A stretch of DNA of 64,000 nucleotides from Actinomycetota bacterium (GTDB lineage Bacteria > Actinomycetota > Actinomycetes > Nanopelagicales > Nanopelagicaceae): positions 2,211 to 66,210 of the forward strand of contig WLNY01000001.1 in the NCBI GenBank assembly GCA_009699575.1. The letters run 5' to 3'. The notes beneath the pieces are model-generated. The model searched no databases, was not told the origin of the DNA, and saw only the letters and a program-made list of their open reading frames with translations. This document shows positions 28,261-39,403 of the stretch, piece after piece; position 1 is the stretch's first letter, and each line of letters starts with the position of its first letter. Position numbers and translations under genes: made by a program.

Positions 28261-29628
28261 GTGGCGCAATTCGATCTGGTCATTTTAGGCGGCGGTAGCG
28301 GCGGGTATGCGTGCGCACTTCGAGCCTCGCAATTAGGTCTATCAGTTGCACTTATTGAAGCCGACAAACTTGGCGGAACGTGTCTTCACCGCGGTTGTAT
28401 TCCGACAAAAGCCCTATTGCACGCTGGTGAAATTGCTGATGGCGCGCGCGATGCAAGCCATTTCGGAGTCAATGCACAATTTCAATCCATGGATATGCCT
28501 GGTGTGAATGCCTATAAAGATGGTGTTATTAATCGACTTCATAAAGGTTTACAGGGATTAGTTAAATCTAGAAATGTAACATTCATCGAAGGACACGGTC
28601 GTTTGGTCTCCAAGGATACCGTTGAAGTAAACGGCGAGAAATATTCTGCAAAAAATATTATTTTGGCCACTGGATCATATGCGCGCACTTTGCCAGGACT
28701 CGAAATAGATGGCGTTCGAGTGATTACATCTGACCACGCAACAAAATTGGATTATGTTCCAAAAAGTGTGATTGTTCTTGGTGGTGGCGTGATCGGTTGT
28801 GAGTTTGCATCAGTGTGGAAATCATTTGGTGCTGAAGTGACAATCATAGAAGGGCTCTCCCACCTTGTTGCTCTCGAAGATGAATCTTCAAGCAAGCAAT
28901 TGGAAAGAGCATTTCGTAAGCGCGGGATTAATTTTGAATTGGGCGTGCGCTTCCAATCCGCTGCTGTTACAAATGATGGCGTAACAGTGACACTCGAAGA
29001 TGGAAAGACTTTCTCCGCTGACGTTCTTCTCGTTTCGGTAGGGCGTGGACCTGTTTCAGCCAATCTCGGCTATGAAGATCAGGGAATCAGCTTGGATCGC
29101 GGATATGTCTTAGTTGATGATAAATGTCGAACTAATATTCCGGGTATTTGGGCCGTTGGAGATCTCATTCCAACACTTCAGCTTGCGCATGTTGGATTTG
29201 CAGAGGGAATTTTAGTCGCAGAGGAAATTGCAGGTCTGAATCCTCGCGCAATAAATTACGATGGCGTTCCACGAGTTACATACTCCGAACCGGAGGTTGC
29301 CTCAGTAGGGCTGACGACCGCAGCTGCCAAAGAGCGTGGATACGATGTTGTCGAGCTAAATTATGACCTGGCTGGAAATGGTAAAGCTCAAATTCTACGT
29401 ACTGCTGGGTCAGTCAAACTCGTTTCGCAAAAGAATGGTCCAGTTCTAGGTATTCATATGGTTGGCGCACGTGTGGGCGAATTACTTGCAGAAGCGCAAC
29501 TTATTTACAATTGGGAAGCAACAGCAGATGATGTTGCTCCTCTGATCCATGCACACCCAACTCTGTCTGAAGCAATGGGCGAAGCTCATATGGCTCTTGC
29601 AGGAAAACCGCTTCACGCCCACGGATAA
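28261..29628 (+). CDS. lpdA: Dihydrolipoyl dehydrogenase
   Basis: GGGSGG, GGTCLHRGCIPTK and HAHPTLSE motifs. Confidence 0.97.
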   Translation: MAQFDLVILGGGSGGYACALRASQLGLSVALIEADKLGGTCLHRGCIPTKALLHAGEIADGARDASHFGVNAQFQSMDMPGVNAYKDGVINRLHKGLQGLVKSRNVTFIEGHGRLVSKDTVEVNGEKYSAKNIILATGSYARTLPGLEIDGVRVITSDHATKLDYVPKSVIVLGGGVIGCEFASVWKSFGAEVTIIEGLSHLVALEDESSSKQLERAFRKRGINFELGVRFQSAAVTNDGVTVTLEDGKTFSADVLLVSVGRGPVSANLGYEDQGISLDRGYVLVDDKCRTNIPGIWAVGDLIPTLQLAHVGFAEGILVAEEIAGLNPRAINYDGVPRVTYSEPEVASVGLTTAAAKERGYDVVELNYDLAGNGKAQILRTAGSVKLVSQKNGPVLGIHMVGARVGELLAEAQLIYNWEATADDVAPLIHAHPTLSEAMGEAHMALAGKPLHAHG

Positions 29629-29645
29629 CCAAGGAGAAAATGTAA

Positions 29646-31283
29646 ATGACATTCTCAGTGACAATGCCCGCACTCGGTGAAAGCGTGAGCGAAGGAACCG
29701 TAACCCGTTGGCTTAAGGCAGAGGGCGATCATGTCGCTGTTGACGAACCACTTCTCGAAGTTTCCACAGATAAAGTAGATACGGAAATCCCATCACCTGT
29801 TGCTGGCATTTTGCAAAAAATTATTGTTTCGATTGATCAAACGGTACCCGTCGGTGCAGAGTTGGCAGTTATTGAAGATGGTGCGAGTGCGCCAGTTGCA
29901 GTGACTCCAGTTGCAGCACCTGTTGCTCACACTCCCCCTGCGCAACCTGCCATTCCTGAAGTAGTCACCCCTCCCGCTCCTGTAGTTGCTGCGCCTTCCG
30001 TTGACCTGAATGCTGCTGGCACTGTTATCACAATGCCAGCTTTAGGTGAGAGCGTGAGTGAAGGCACCGTTACTCGATGGTTAAAAAATGTTGGAGATTC
30101 GGTAGCAGTTGATGAAGCGCTTCTTGAAGTATCAACTGACAAAGTGGATACAGAAATTCCTTCACCTGTTGCTGGAATTCTCCTCGCAATAGATGTAGCG
30201 GTGGATACAACGGTCCCAGTCGGAGCACGACTTGGTCTCATTGGATCGACTTCAGGAGCAACGATTCCTACCGCTCCAGTTGTGAGCGCCCCACCCGTAG
30301 TTGTTTCGGCCGCCCCAGTTGCGCCCGTAGTTACAGCGCCCGTAGTTTCACCTGCTAACACGGATGCATATGTGACACCTATCGTTCGCAAACTAGCTGC
30401 AGAACTTGGTGTAAACCTTTCAACCCTCGTTGGTACTGGAATTGGATCACGCATTCGCAAGGAAGATGTCCTCGCCGCAGCGGCACCAAAGAGCTCGCCG
30501 GTTGCATCGGCTCCGTTACAACCTGCCTCTTCCGCAAAACCTTCCGCACCAGTAGTAGTTTCACCGCTCCGCGGGACTACAGTAACTATGTCACGACTTC
30601 GTAAGGTCATTGCCGCTCGTATGGTCGAGTCGCTTCAGGTTAGCGCGCAGTTGACTACTGTTATTGAAGTTGATGTCACTAAAATTTCTCGATTGCGCGA
30701 CCGCTCAAAAGCTACTTTTGAATCTCGTGAAGGTGTGAAACTTTCTTACCTTCCTTTCTTCGCCGTTGCCGTGTGTGAGGCACTCAAACAACATCCGGTC
30801 TTGAATTCCTCCGTTGAAGGAGACCAAATTACTTATCATGGTGCCGAACATCTTGGTATTGCAGTTGATACCGAGAGAGGACTTCTTGTACCTGTCATTC
30901 ATAATGCGGGCGACCTCAACATGGGCGGCATTGCGCGAAAAATCGCAGATCTTGCTGCAAGAACTCGTGATAACAAGGTAACACCTGACGAGCTTGGTGG
31001 AGGAACTTTTACGATTACAAATACTGGAAGTCGCGGGGCACTCTTTGATACTCCAATCATCAATCAACCGCAAGTTGCAATCTTGGGTCTTGGCGCAGTA
31101 GTCAAACGTCCAATGGTGGTTCGCGGTGAAGATGGCGGAGAAACCATTGCAATTCGTTCGATGGTTTATCTTGGGCTTTCATATGACCACAGAGTTGTTG
31201 ATGGCGCGGATGCAGCGCGTTTCCTTGTTACTCTGAAAGAGCGACTTGAATCTGGACAATTTGAATCAGATCTGGGTTTGTAA
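29646..31283 (+). CDS. sucB: 2-oxoacid dehydrogenase E2 dihydrolipoamide acyltransferase (two lipoyl domains)
   Basis: Two STDKVDTE lipoyl domains, E3-binding domain YVTPIVRKLA, catalytic DHRVVDG. Confidence 0.95.
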   Translation: MTFSVTMPALGESVSEGTVTRWLKAEGDHVAVDEPLLEVSTDKVDTEIPSPVAGILQKIIVSIDQTVPVGAELAVIEDGASAPVAVTPVAAPVAHTPPAQPAIPEVVTPPAPVVAAPSVDLNAAGTVITMPALGESVSEGTVTRWLKNVGDSVAVDEALLEVSTDKVDTEIPSPVAGILLAIDVAVDTTVPVGARLGLIGSTSGATIPTAPVVSAPPVVVSAAPVAPVVTAPVVSPANTDAYVTPIVRKLAAELGVNLSTLVGTGIGSRIRKEDVLAAAAPKSSPVASAPLQPASSAKPSAPVVVSPLRGTTVTMSRLRKVIAARMVESLQVSAQLTTVIEVDVTKISRLRDRSKATFESREGVKLSYLPFFAVAVCEALKQHPVLNSSVEGDQITYHGAEHLGIAVDTERGLLVPVIHNAGDLNMGGIARKIADLAARTRDNKVTPDELGGGTFTITNTGSRGALFDTPIINQPQVAILGLGAVVKRPMVVRGEDGGETIAIRSMVYLGLSYDHRVVDGADAARFLVTLKERLESGQFESDLGL

Positions 31284-32171
31284 ATGTCGGTACCGCAGAG
31301 AATTGCAATTACTGGGGCCTCGGGCCTGATTGGTAGCGCACTCGTGGGCCACCTGAAGTCTGAGGGCCATACAGTGCAAAGATTGGTGCGTCGCCCGGCT
31401 GCTGCTTCGGATGAAATCTCATGGGATCCCATTGCTGGCACCGTTGATCTCGCACCTCTTGAAGGCGTAGATGCGATTATCCATCTTGCTGGTGCTGGCG
31501 TTGGAGATAAACGTTGGACTAAGAAATATAAATCTGAAATTCTTAATTCTCGATTAATGGGAACAACAACAATTGCTCACGCTGTTGCTGCAGTGAAGCC
31601 TTCTGTCTTTATTTCAGGTAGCGCAATTGGATGGTATGGAGAAACTGGCAATCGTGCAGTCACAGAGAATGATCGGGCAGGGGAAGATTTTCTCTCTGCA
31701 GTATGTAGGGAATGGGAATCTGCAGCGGATCTTGCTGGAGATACTCGCACTGTTAAATTACGAACAGGTCTTGTTCTGGAACCAACAGGTGGAGCTCTAG
31801 GTCGAATGCTTCCGCTGTTCCGATTTGGTCTAGGAGGAAAACTTGGTTCAGGAAAGCAGTGGTGGTCATGGATTACTCTCCACGATCACATTCGTGCAAT
31901 AGCATTTTTGCTAGAGAACCCAATTACTGGTCCTGTTAACCTTACAAGTCCTAATCCTGTAACAAATCAAGAATTTACTTCAGGACTAGCTCGCGCACTA
32001 CACCGCCCGGCACTTTTTCCTGCACCTGCTTTAGCGCTCAAAATTGCTTTAGGTGGATTCTCCTCAGAAATACTTGGTTCAAAACGAGTGATCCCACAAG
32101 TTCTTACAGAAGCCGGATTTACTTTTAATTACCCACATATCGCGGCAGCACTCAGTGCCCTTGTTGACTAA
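31284..32171 (+). CDS. TIGR01777-type NAD-dependent epimerase family protein
   Basis: ITGASGLIG, HLAGAGVGDKRWT, SAIGWYG and GSGKQWWSWI motifs. Confidence 0.92.
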   Translation: MSVPQRIAITGASGLIGSALVGHLKSEGHTVQRLVRRPAAASDEISWDPIAGTVDLAPLEGVDAIIHLAGAGVGDKRWTKKYKSEILNSRLMGTTTIAHAVAAVKPSVFISGSAIGWYGETGNRAVTENDRAGEDFLSAVCREWESAADLAGDTRTVKLRTGLVLEPTGGALGRMLPLFRFGLGGKLGSGKQWWSWITLHDHIRAIAFLLENPITGPVNLTSPNPVTNQEFTSGLARALHRPALFPAPALALKIALGGFSSEILGSKRVIPQVLTEAGFTFNYPHIAAALSALVD

Positions 32172-33334
32172 ATAGCTAGAACAGCTTGCGCGGCAAGACG
32201 GCCAGAAGCTAAGGCTCCATTTTGTGATGGAACACTTCGGTAATCACCAGCAACAAATAAGGAGTCGTCGATTTGCGGACCATGTGCGGTACCTCGCTGA
32301 GGTGAATGCAAAGGTAATGCCGCTGGGATTTCATACTTCGCAATCAAGGTCCAATTACGAGTCTCTACGTGCCACATAAGAGAAAGGTGACGGCGCACCT
32401 CCGATTCTGTAACACCAAGCCCTGTTGTAGATGAGATGAGATGAACTCCAACAGGAGCGTATGACGGTGATATATGAGAGATGACAATGCTGTTATAAAC
32501 TGGACCGCGATTCTCGCCATCAACGACAAGTCGCGCAGTGCTCGATGGCGACTCTTCGCATGCGTGATACCAGGTAATACAACCCACAAGAGTTGGGATT
32601 TCATTTATATCCAATAGCTGCGCAGCGGTAGTCAGGTCTGTAGCAAGAACTACTGCGTGAGCCTTTATCTCTCCTTCTGAAGTGAGAACGCTCTCATTGC
32701 GTACGCGCATCACCTGCGTATGAGTTTTAAAATTACCAATTCTAGATGCTAGCGCTCTGGGCAACTGGCCTGCACCGGTCCTGGGAAGGCCCGGAGTGCC
32801 ACGAACAAAATGTTTCATCGCTTCTTTTCCATAGTCGGCGCCCACGTAATCTGGGTCAGCAAGGAATACTCCAGTGAGAAATGGCTTGAGAACTCTTTCG
32901 TAAGTTTTCCCAGTGCCCGCTCTTCTGAGTTCCCCACCCATTGAAGTACCGGTGCGTGGTTTACGCAGCAGATATTTAAGAACTGCCGCTTTCTCTATCA
33001 TCGAACCTGACTGAGTACGAAATGCTGAAAGAGGTAAAACACGTGGATCGCCAACGGGAATACGTTTATTCCCCATTGCAATTTCAATTATTCGCGGAGC
33101 TTCTATGAACTCTAATTCATCGATGACATCGAGGCGTACGATTTCTGGGTAACCGGCATTAATGAGTTGAAATCCGCGATCACAGAGAAATCCATCAACG
33201 CTATCCGTTGCGATTCGACCGCCAGCTCGATCGGACTCTTCTAGTAAAAGCACTTCACGTCCTGCATCCTGCAATGTAAGTGCGCAATTGAGACCTGCTA
33301 GGCCTGCGCCTACGACAACGATTGGTTTAGGCAT
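32168..33334 (-). CDS. FAD-dependent oxidoreductase (amine oxidase / protoporphyrinogen oxidase-like)
   Basis: VVGAGLAGL, GGRIATD, DRGFQ and AGDY...GALASG motifs; start ATG 33334. Confidence 0.88.
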   Translation of the reverse strand: MPKPIVVVGAGLAGLNCALTLQDAGREVLLLEESDRAGGRIATDSVDGFLCDRGFQLINAGYPEIVRLDVIDELEFIEAPRIIEIAMGNKRIPVGDPRVLPLSAFRTQSGSMIEKAAVLKYLLRKPRTGTSMGGELRRAGTGKTYERVLKPFLTGVFLADPDYVGADYGKEAMKHFVRGTPGLPRTGAGQLPRALASRIGNFKTHTQVMRVRNESVLTSEGEIKAHAVVLATDLTTAAQLLDINEIPTLVGCITWYHACEESPSSTARLVVDGENRGPVYNSIVISHISPSYAPVGVHLISSTTGLGVTESEVRRHLSLMWHVETRNWTLIAKYEIPAALPLHSPQRGTAHGPQIDDSLFVAGDYRSVPSQNGALASGRLAAQAVLAI

Positions 33335-34343
33335 CGGCACACAAAGTTCGGGCATCATCAATAAGTTGGGCTACGTGTAACGCATCCGTTGTACTCACTG
33401 GCATGCGAGAATTCTCGCGTATCGCAACGCCTACAGCAGTATAGAAACTCGCATAATTTCCTTGCTCAGACACAATTTCCTCGACCTGGTTTCCTGTATG
33501 AATAAATGCTCGGGAGGATGTGTCTTCTTGCCATGATCCACCTTCGGGAAATTTTCCTGCGCGAAGAAGCGCTTCTTGTGGATCCAATTCATTTATCACA
33601 AGCGCTCCCTTGCTCCCCAGTAATCGAATTCGAGGTCCTGGTGCGCCCGCTATTGCACTTGCTGAAAGAAATGAATCCACCCCATTGTCATGCGCAATAT
33701 GAAGCACACAGTCATCAACCACTCCACCCCGAATCGATTTAATCGTTGCACTTTTTACGGTTCCGGCACCAAACCAACCGATCGCAGTTGAGATGAGATG
33801 TGGCTGTAAATCAAGAAGTAATCCACCGCCTGCATCTGGATTAACTGAATCACGCCAACCGGCAGTTGTCATCACGGGTCGAAATCTTTCAAAACGTGAA
33901 TCTAACCGGAAAAGATCGCCCAATGTTTCTTCCTTGATTAAGCGAGCAATCGTCAAGGCATCGCTATCCCAACGACGATTGAAATATGTTGTGATTGGTA
34001 CGCCTCTCGTGTTTGCGAATTCAATAAGATTCTTAGTTTCTGTGTAATTTCGCCCCATCGGTTTATCTACAACTACTGGAATTCCTGCTTTGATTACTTC
34101 AATTCCTTGCTCCACATGAGCGCTGTTTGCTGAAGCAATTACTACTAAATCTAATTCTTCAGAGAGCATCGCTTCAATCGAGGAGAAAATTTTTGCGTTC
34201 GGAAAATCTTGATGGGCATAGTGCGTGCGCTCAGTGTTTGACGTCACTATTGCGCTCACATTAAATCCAGCACCTCTTAACAACGGAGCATGAAAATAGC
34301 GCCCAGAGAGGCCATAGCCAGATATTCCTACTTTAAGCGCCAT
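33327..34343 (-). CDS. Gfo/Idh/MocA family oxidoreductase
   Basis: GYGLSG, VDKP, NRRWD and GGGLLLDLQPH motifs. Confidence 0.9.
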   Translation of the reverse strand: MALKVGISGYGLSGRYFHAPLLRGAGFNVSAIVTSNTERTHYAHQDFPNAKIFSSIEAMLSEELDLVVIASANSAHVEQGIEVIKAGIPVVVDKPMGRNYTETKNLIEFANTRGVPITTYFNRRWDSDALTIARLIKEETLGDLFRLDSRFERFRPVMTTAGWRDSVNPDAGGGLLLDLQPHLISTAIGWFGAGTVKSATIKSIRGGVVDDCVLHIAHDNGVDSFLSASAIAGAPGPRIRLLGSKGALVINELDPQEALLRAGKFPEGGSWQEDTSSRAFIHTGNQVEEIVSEQGNYASFYTAVGVAIRENSRMPVSTTDALHVAQLIDDARTLCADA

Positions 34344-34442
34344 TCTCTCCCCAATGTCTAACGACTTCTAGAACATTATCAGCATACCTATCCGCTCATC
34401 TTCGAGTGGAATTCACAGCATTAATACCTTTAGGCTATCTCT

Positions 34443-35099
34443 ATGGCAATCGCGACAGGTACCACGCACTCAGCCATTGCGCTTTCCAGAAGTGGTCTAA
34501 TCGATTATGAAAGCGCCTGGAAAATTCAACGTGAAATTCATGCAGCAGTTGTCTCGGGCGAGCGTCCTAATTCGGTCCTGTTACTAGAACATCTTTCGGT
34601 GTACACAGCAGGGCGCCGCACTCAAGAATCTGAAAAGCCGCAAGATGGTTCCCCGGTGATTGATGTAGACCGCGGCGGAAAAATAACCTGGCATGGTCCT
34701 GGACAGTTAGTGGGATACCCCATTGTTAAATTAGCCAGACCCACTGAACTCGTAGGATTCGTCCGTGAAATTGAAAGCGCACTCATAGCAACGTGTTTGG
34801 AATTGGGACTTCACACTCAGCGCATAGAAGGGCGATCAGGTGTCTGGGTAGTAGATGAAAAGGGTGAGAGAAAGGTAGCTGCCATAGGAATTCGGGTAGC
34901 CAAAGGTGTGACGATGCACGGTTTTGCGTTGAACGTGTGCCCAGATCTCAGCGCGTATAGCCAAATTATTCCATGCGGCATTTCTGATGCGTCCGTTACA
35001 TCGATGAGTGACGAACTCGCAGCGCCCATTACTATTGACGTAGTGTCCCCCATCTTGGAGCGACACCTATTTGAGTCTCTATCGAAGGTGAGCGCATGA
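34443..35099 (+). CDS. lipB: Lipoyl(octanoyl) transferase
   Basis: LEHxxVYTAG, [30 protein letters not shown] and PCG motifs. Confidence 0.96.
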   Translation: MAIATGTTHSAIALSRSGLIDYESAWKIQREIHAAVVSGERPNSVLLLEHLSVYTAGRRTQESEKPQDGSPVIDVDRGGKITWHGPGQLVGYPIVKLARPTELVGFVREIESALIATCLELGLHTQRIEGRSGVWVVDEKGERKVAAIGIRVAKGVTMHGFALNVCPDLSAYSQIIPCGISDASVTSMSDELAAPITIDVVSPILERHLFESLSKVSA

Positions 35100-36022
35100 C
35101 AATTGCTCCAGAGGGTCGCAAGATGTTGCGCATTGAAGCGCGAAATGCACTCATACCAATTGAGCGAAAGCCAGAGTGGATTAAGACTCGAGCAAATATG
35201 GGCCCCGAGTACACACGCCTAACTTCCCTAGTGAAGAGTGAAGGCCTGCACACTGTGTGTCAGGAAGCCGCCTGTCCAAATATTTTTGAATGTTGGGAAG
35301 ATAAAGAAGCAACTTTTCTCATAGGCGGAGAGAAGTGCACACGGCGATGCGATTTTTGCAACATAGATACTGGTAAGCCAGATCCAATCGATCGAGATGA
35401 ACCTCGTCGAGTAGCCGAATCGGTCAAAACTATGGGGCTTAAATACGCAACGATTACGGGAGTAACCCGTGATGACCTTGAAGATGAAGGTGCTTGGCTG
35501 TACGCGGAAACAATCAAGCAGGTGCATGAACTCAATCCAGGGTGCGGTGTCGAAATGTTGGCTCCCGACTTTCATGCGAAGTCCGAACTTCTCAATCAAA
35601 TATTTGCCACCGCGCCAGAAGTTTTCGCTCATAACTTAGAAACCGTGCCGCGAATTTTTAAGAGTATTCGACCAGCTTTCACCTACGAAAAATCTTTACA
35701 AGTGATTAGCATGGCAAGAGCATATGGATTGATTACAAAATCGAATCTAATTCTTGGAATGGGAGAAACTCGCGAAGAGATCTCCCAAGCTCTTCATGAT
35801 TTGCATAGCGCAGGTTGTGACATCATCACAATCACTCAATATCTTCGTCCGACTAATCGACATCATCCGGTAGAGCGATGGGTTCTTCCTGAAGAGTTTG
35901 TAGAACTTTCGCTTGAAGCGGAGGAAATTGGATTCCTAGGCGTCATGAGTGGCCCATTGGTTCGTTCGAGTTATCGAGCTGGACGCCTGTACAAGCAAGC
36001 GATGGCTGCTAAAAATGGCTGA
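35096..36022 (+). CDS. lipA: Lipoyl synthase
   Basis: [20 protein letters not shown] and RSSY motifs. Confidence 0.97.
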   Translation: MTIAPEGRKMLRIEARNALIPIERKPEWIKTRANMGPEYTRLTSLVKSEGLHTVCQEAACPNIFECWEDKEATFLIGGEKCTRRCDFCNIDTGKPDPIDRDEPRRVAESVKTMGLKYATITGVTRDDLEDEGAWLYAETIKQVHELNPGCGVEMLAPDFHAKSELLNQIFATAPEVFAHNLETVPRIFKSIRPAFTYEKSLQVISMARAYGLITKSNLILGMGETREEISQALHDLHSAGCDIITITQYLRPTNRHHPVERWVLPEEFVELSLEAEEIGFLGVMSGPLVRSSYRAGRLYKQAMAAKNG

Positions 36023-36716
36023 TTTAGTTTATCCGCCAGTTATTGGTGCGCTCAAACTTTTTTGGAAATATCTCGGTCTCCAATTCACTTTTGCAGGCGA
36101 AGAGAACATTCCACGTAAAGAGGGTGCAATTCTGGCAATCAATCACATTGGTTATTTAGATTTTGCACTCGCCGGAACTGCTGCTCTTCCAGCAAATCGA
36201 TTCGTGCGTTTCATGGCAAAAAAAGAAATCTTCGAGAATAAGTTAGCCGGACCACTCATGCGGGGAATGCATCACATTAGCGTTGATCGATCTAATGGCT
36301 CAGGTTCATTTGTCGCTGCACTTCGCGCACTTCGCTCTGGTGAAATCATCGGCATTTTTCCAGAAGGAACTATCTCCACAAGTTTTGAAATAAAGGCTCT
36401 GAAATCTGGTGCGGTTCGCCTTGCAATTGGCGCAGGTGTTCCAGTGATTCCAACGATTGTTTGGGGTAGTCAACGTATTTGGACCAAAGGTGTGAAGAAA
36501 AATTTATTACGAAAGAAAACTCCAATTTTTGTCACATTTGGTCAACCTATTTACTTCACTCGAGATACTGATGTCGAGAGGGCCGAATCAGATTTGCGGA
36601 CCACAATGATTGCCATGCTTCACACCGTTCAGGAGAAGTACCCCGATAGCCCCGTGGGAGCGAGGTGGGCGCCTGTGCGTCTTGGTGGTACAGCCCCCGC
36701 CCCACTAAACTTGTAG
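36015..36716 (+). CDS. 1-acyl-sn-glycerol-3-phosphate acyltransferase family
   Basis: NHIGYLD and FPEGT motifs; start ATG 36015. Confidence 0.9.
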   Translation: MADLVYPPVIGALKLFWKYLGLQFTFAGEENIPRKEGAILAINHIGYLDFALAGTAALPANRFVRFMAKKEIFENKLAGPLMRGMHHISVDRSNGSGSFVAALRALRSGEIIGIFPEGTISTSFEIKALKSGAVRLAIGAGVPVIPTIVWGSQRIWTKGVKKNLLRKKTPIFVTFGQPIYFTRDTDVERAESDLRTTMIAMLHTVQEKYPDSPVGARWAPVRLGGTAPAPLNL

Positions 36717-36718
36717 AC

Positions 36719-37390
36719 ATGTTTAATAGAAAAAAGAAGTCCGAAAAGATCAAGACTCCACGCTTCCAAGCATTTCGAGATGCGTACTCAGTCACGAAGG
36801 CAGTGAAGCCGTGGATTGGGTTTGCCCTCATTGGAGTATTTCTCAGTGTGTGGTTTATCGGCATTGGTATTGGTGCCACTCTTGGACATCCGTATTACGT
36901 CGGATTCATTTCTCTTCCATTGTCTGCATTAGCGACAATGTTTTTTTTTACACGCCAAGCAGCTACGGCGGCGTACTCCTCAATTGAAGGTCAAATTGGA
37001 GCGGGTGCAAGTGTGCTCATGGCTATTCGTAAAGGGTGGACAACGACACCAGCAGTAGCAGTCAACCGAAATCAGGACATGGTTCATAGAAGCGTAGGTC
37101 GCGCAGGAATTGTTCTGGTAGGCGAAGGAAGCAATAGCGTTCGACAAATGCTCACCGAAGAAAAAAAGAAAACTGAGCGCTACGCACCTGGTGTTCCAAT
37201 CACTGAAATAGTTGTGGGTGACTTTGAGGGAGCAATCTCATTGCGCAAGTTACAGAAGAAAGTAACGAAGCTTCCTAAAAAACTTTCCCCTCATCAAATG
37301 CGCGAAGTTCGTGCACGACTCAAAGCAGTGGGTGGTCTCTCGATTCCAATTCCTAAAGGTCCAATGCCTAAGGGAACAAAGATCCGCTAA
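36719..37390 (+). CDS. DUF4191 family membrane protein
   Basis: Two TM helices, EGQIGAG, DMVHRSVGRAGIVLVGEG, PKGPMP; conserved lipA-glnA context. Start ATG 36719. Confidence 0.88.
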   Translation: MFNRKKKSEKIKTPRFQAFRDAYSVTKAVKPWIGFALIGVFLSVWFIGIGIGATLGHPYYVGFISLPLSALATMFFFTRQAATAAYSSIEGQIGAGASVLMAIRKGWTTTPAVAVNRNQDMVHRSVGRAGIVLVGEGSNSVRQMLTEEKKKTERYAPGVPITEIVVGDFEGAISLRKLQKKVTKLPKKLSPHQMREVRARLKAVGGLSIPIPKGPMPKGTKIR

Positions 37391-37746
37391 ATACGAATGA
37401 GAACGGTGTTACTTAATCGCTCGTGTATCCCGCGACCATTTTCATCAAAAGTAACTGCAGTGATCACCAGGCACACAAGCACGGTTCGAATGAGTGCCTG
37501 AAGTGGAGTCACCTGTCCCCCATCGCTAAAACGTACAACTTTTAATCGCATAAAACGGTGCCCCATGGATGCACCCTGAAGTGAGACTAAAATCCAATAC
37601 TGAATAAAAAAAATTGCAAGGATGGTCAGGCTTCGTGAATTCGACTGGGAAATGCCTCCGCCTATGGCCGCGGCGATGGCATAGCTTGACCCCCAATCGA
37701 GGGTCAAAGCAGCAAATCTGCGCTTAATGCTCACGGTCTTGGTCAC
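37387..37746 (-). CDS. RDD family membrane protein
   Basis: RRFAALTLD, GASMGHRFMRLKVV and RGIHERLSNT; divergent from glnA as in other actinobacteria. Confidence 0.85.
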   Translation of the reverse strand: MTKTVSIKRRFAALTLDWGSSYAIAAAIGGGISQSNSRSLTILAIFFIQYWILVSLQGASMGHRFMRLKVVRFSDGGQVTPLQALIRTVLVCLVITAVTFDENGRGIHERLSNTVLIRI

Positions 37747-37780
37747 ACCTGAGCCTACCGTGCCAGAGAAGGCAGGATAT

Positions 37781-37818
37781 GTAACACGGCTGTAACACTT
37801 GAGTTATCTCATTTTCAC
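37781..37818 (+). promoter_or_regulatory. GlnR-type operator upstream of glnA
   Basis: GTAAC-n6-GTAAC-n6-GTTAT-n6-TTCAC: four pentamers at 11-bp period, matching the actinobacterial GlnR box architecture (GTnAC-n6-GAAAC). Confidence 0.7.
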
Positions 37819-37907
37819 TAAATACTCATAGCCTGTGCACCAGCAAGAGCGACCTCAATGGTGAGCCGTGCCTTGAATGATCACCCGAGTAAAAAAATGG
37901 GAGAAGA

Positions 37908-39338
37908 ATGTTTAAGAACTCTGCAGAAATTTTTGCATTCATCAAAAAGGAAAACGTCAAGCTCATTGATGTGCGCTTCATCGACCTTCCTGGAATTCAA
38001 CATCACTTCAATGTTCCAGTTGAATCATTTGATGAAGCTGTTTTCACTGATGGACTTATGTTTGATGGTTCATCTATCCGTGGCTTTCAGGCTATTCATG
38101 AATCAGATATGAAATTGCTTCCTGTTCCAAGTTCAGCTTTCATCGATCCTTATCGCAAAGAGAAAACTCTCATCATTAATTTCTCTGTTCACAATCCAGT
38201 TGATAATTCGCCATATAGTCGCGATCCTCGCGGAGTCGTGTCTAAAGCGGTCGAATACCTCAAGTCAACGGGTATTGCCGACACTGCATTCTTCGCTCCA
38301 GAAGCAGAGTTCTACGTCTTTGATGCAGTTCGCTTCAAGACTGGAATAAACGAGGGCTTTCACCATATCGATTCATATGAAGGCGCATGGAATACCGGTG
38401 TTGAATTCGATGCGGATGGCACACCAAACCGCGGATACCGCACACGCGTGAAGGGCGGATATTTTCCTGTATCGCCTTCAGATCAATTCGCAGACCTTCG
38501 CGACGAAATGGTAATGAAACTCCAAGAAGTAGGGCTCGAAGTTGAGCGCGCGCACCACGAGGTCGGTACTGCAGGTCAAATGGAAATCAATTATCGTTTC
38601 TCTGACATTTTGACTGCAGGTGATGATGTTATGAAGTTTAAGTACGTCATTAAGAACACTGCGTGGGTAAATGGAAAGACCGCAACATTTATGCCAAAGC
38701 CACTATTTGGAGATAATGGTTCAGGTATGCACGTACACCAATCACTGTGGAAAGACGGCAAGCCATTGTTCTTCGGTGATGGCTATGGCGACCTTTCAGA
38801 TCTCGCTCGTTGGTATATTGGCGGATTACTTAAGCACGCACCATCACTCCTTGCCTTCACGAACCCAACAGTGAATTCTTACCGCCGCCTAGTTCCTGGC
38901 TATGAAGCACCTGTAAACCTTGTCTACTCTGCTCGCAACCGTTCCGCCTGTATTCGTATTCCGATTACTGGCTCAAATCCAAAAGCTAAGCGCGTGGAAT
39001 TCCGTTGTCCGGACCCATCGTCGAATCCATACCTCGCATTTGCAGCGATGCTAATGGCCGGCCTTGATGGAATCTTGAATAAAATTGAACCACCTGCTCC
39101 AGTGGATAAGGACTTGTACGAACTCGAAGGTGCAGAAGCTGCCTCCATTGCTCAGGTTCCTGGATCACTTGATGAAGTTCTCACAAATTTAGAAAATGAC
39201 CACGCATTCTTGCTCAAAGGTGGCGTCTTTACTGACGATCTCATTGAAACATGGATTGCTTTCAAGCGTAAAGAGGAAGTGGATTACGTACGATTGCGTC
39301 CGCACCCAGCTGAGTTCGAATTGTATTACGACCTCTAA
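37908..39338 (+). CDS. glnA: Glutamine synthetase type I
   Basis: FDGSSI, HHEV, FMPKP, NGSGMH, PGYEAP, EFRCPD and the adenylylation-site DKDLYEL. Confidence 0.98.
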   Translation: MFKNSAEIFAFIKKENVKLIDVRFIDLPGIQHHFNVPVESFDEAVFTDGLMFDGSSIRGFQAIHESDMKLLPVPSSAFIDPYRKEKTLIINFSVHNPVDNSPYSRDPRGVVSKAVEYLKSTGIADTAFFAPEAEFYVFDAVRFKTGINEGFHHIDSYEGAWNTGVEFDADGTPNRGYRTRVKGGYFPVSPSDQFADLRDEMVMKLQEVGLEVERAHHEVGTAGQMEINYRFSDILTAGDDVMKFKYVIKNTAWVNGKTATFMPKPLFGDNGSGMHVHQSLWKDGKPLFFGDGYGDLSDLARWYIGGLLKHAPSLLAFTNPTVNSYRRLVPGYEAPVNLVYSARNRSACIRIPITGSNPKAKRVEFRCPDPSSNPYLAFAAMLMAGLDGILNKIEPPAPVDKDLYELEGAEAASIAQVPGSLDEVLTNLENDHAFLLKGGVFTDDLIETWIAFKRKEEVDYVRLRPHPAEFELYYDL

Positions 39339-39347
39339 AATTCTTAC

Positions 39348-39388
39348 CAAAAGAACCCTTGTCACTTCGCGTGGCAAGGGTTCTTTTG
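39348..39388. terminator. Intrinsic terminator after glnA
   Basis: CAAAAGAACCCTTGTCAC-ttcgc-GTGGCAAGGGTTCTTTTG stem-loop with A/T tails. Confidence 0.9.
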
Positions 39389-39403
39389 CGTTACTTTTGT
39401 GTC

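Noticed and set aside
29646-30260. Internal ~230-bp near-repeat in sucB
   Set aside because: Two tandem lipoyl domains, normal for actinobacterial E2 subunits.
29927-30610. 227-aa antisense ORF
   Set aside because: Shadow of the Ala/Pro/Val-rich sucB linker; no independent motifs.
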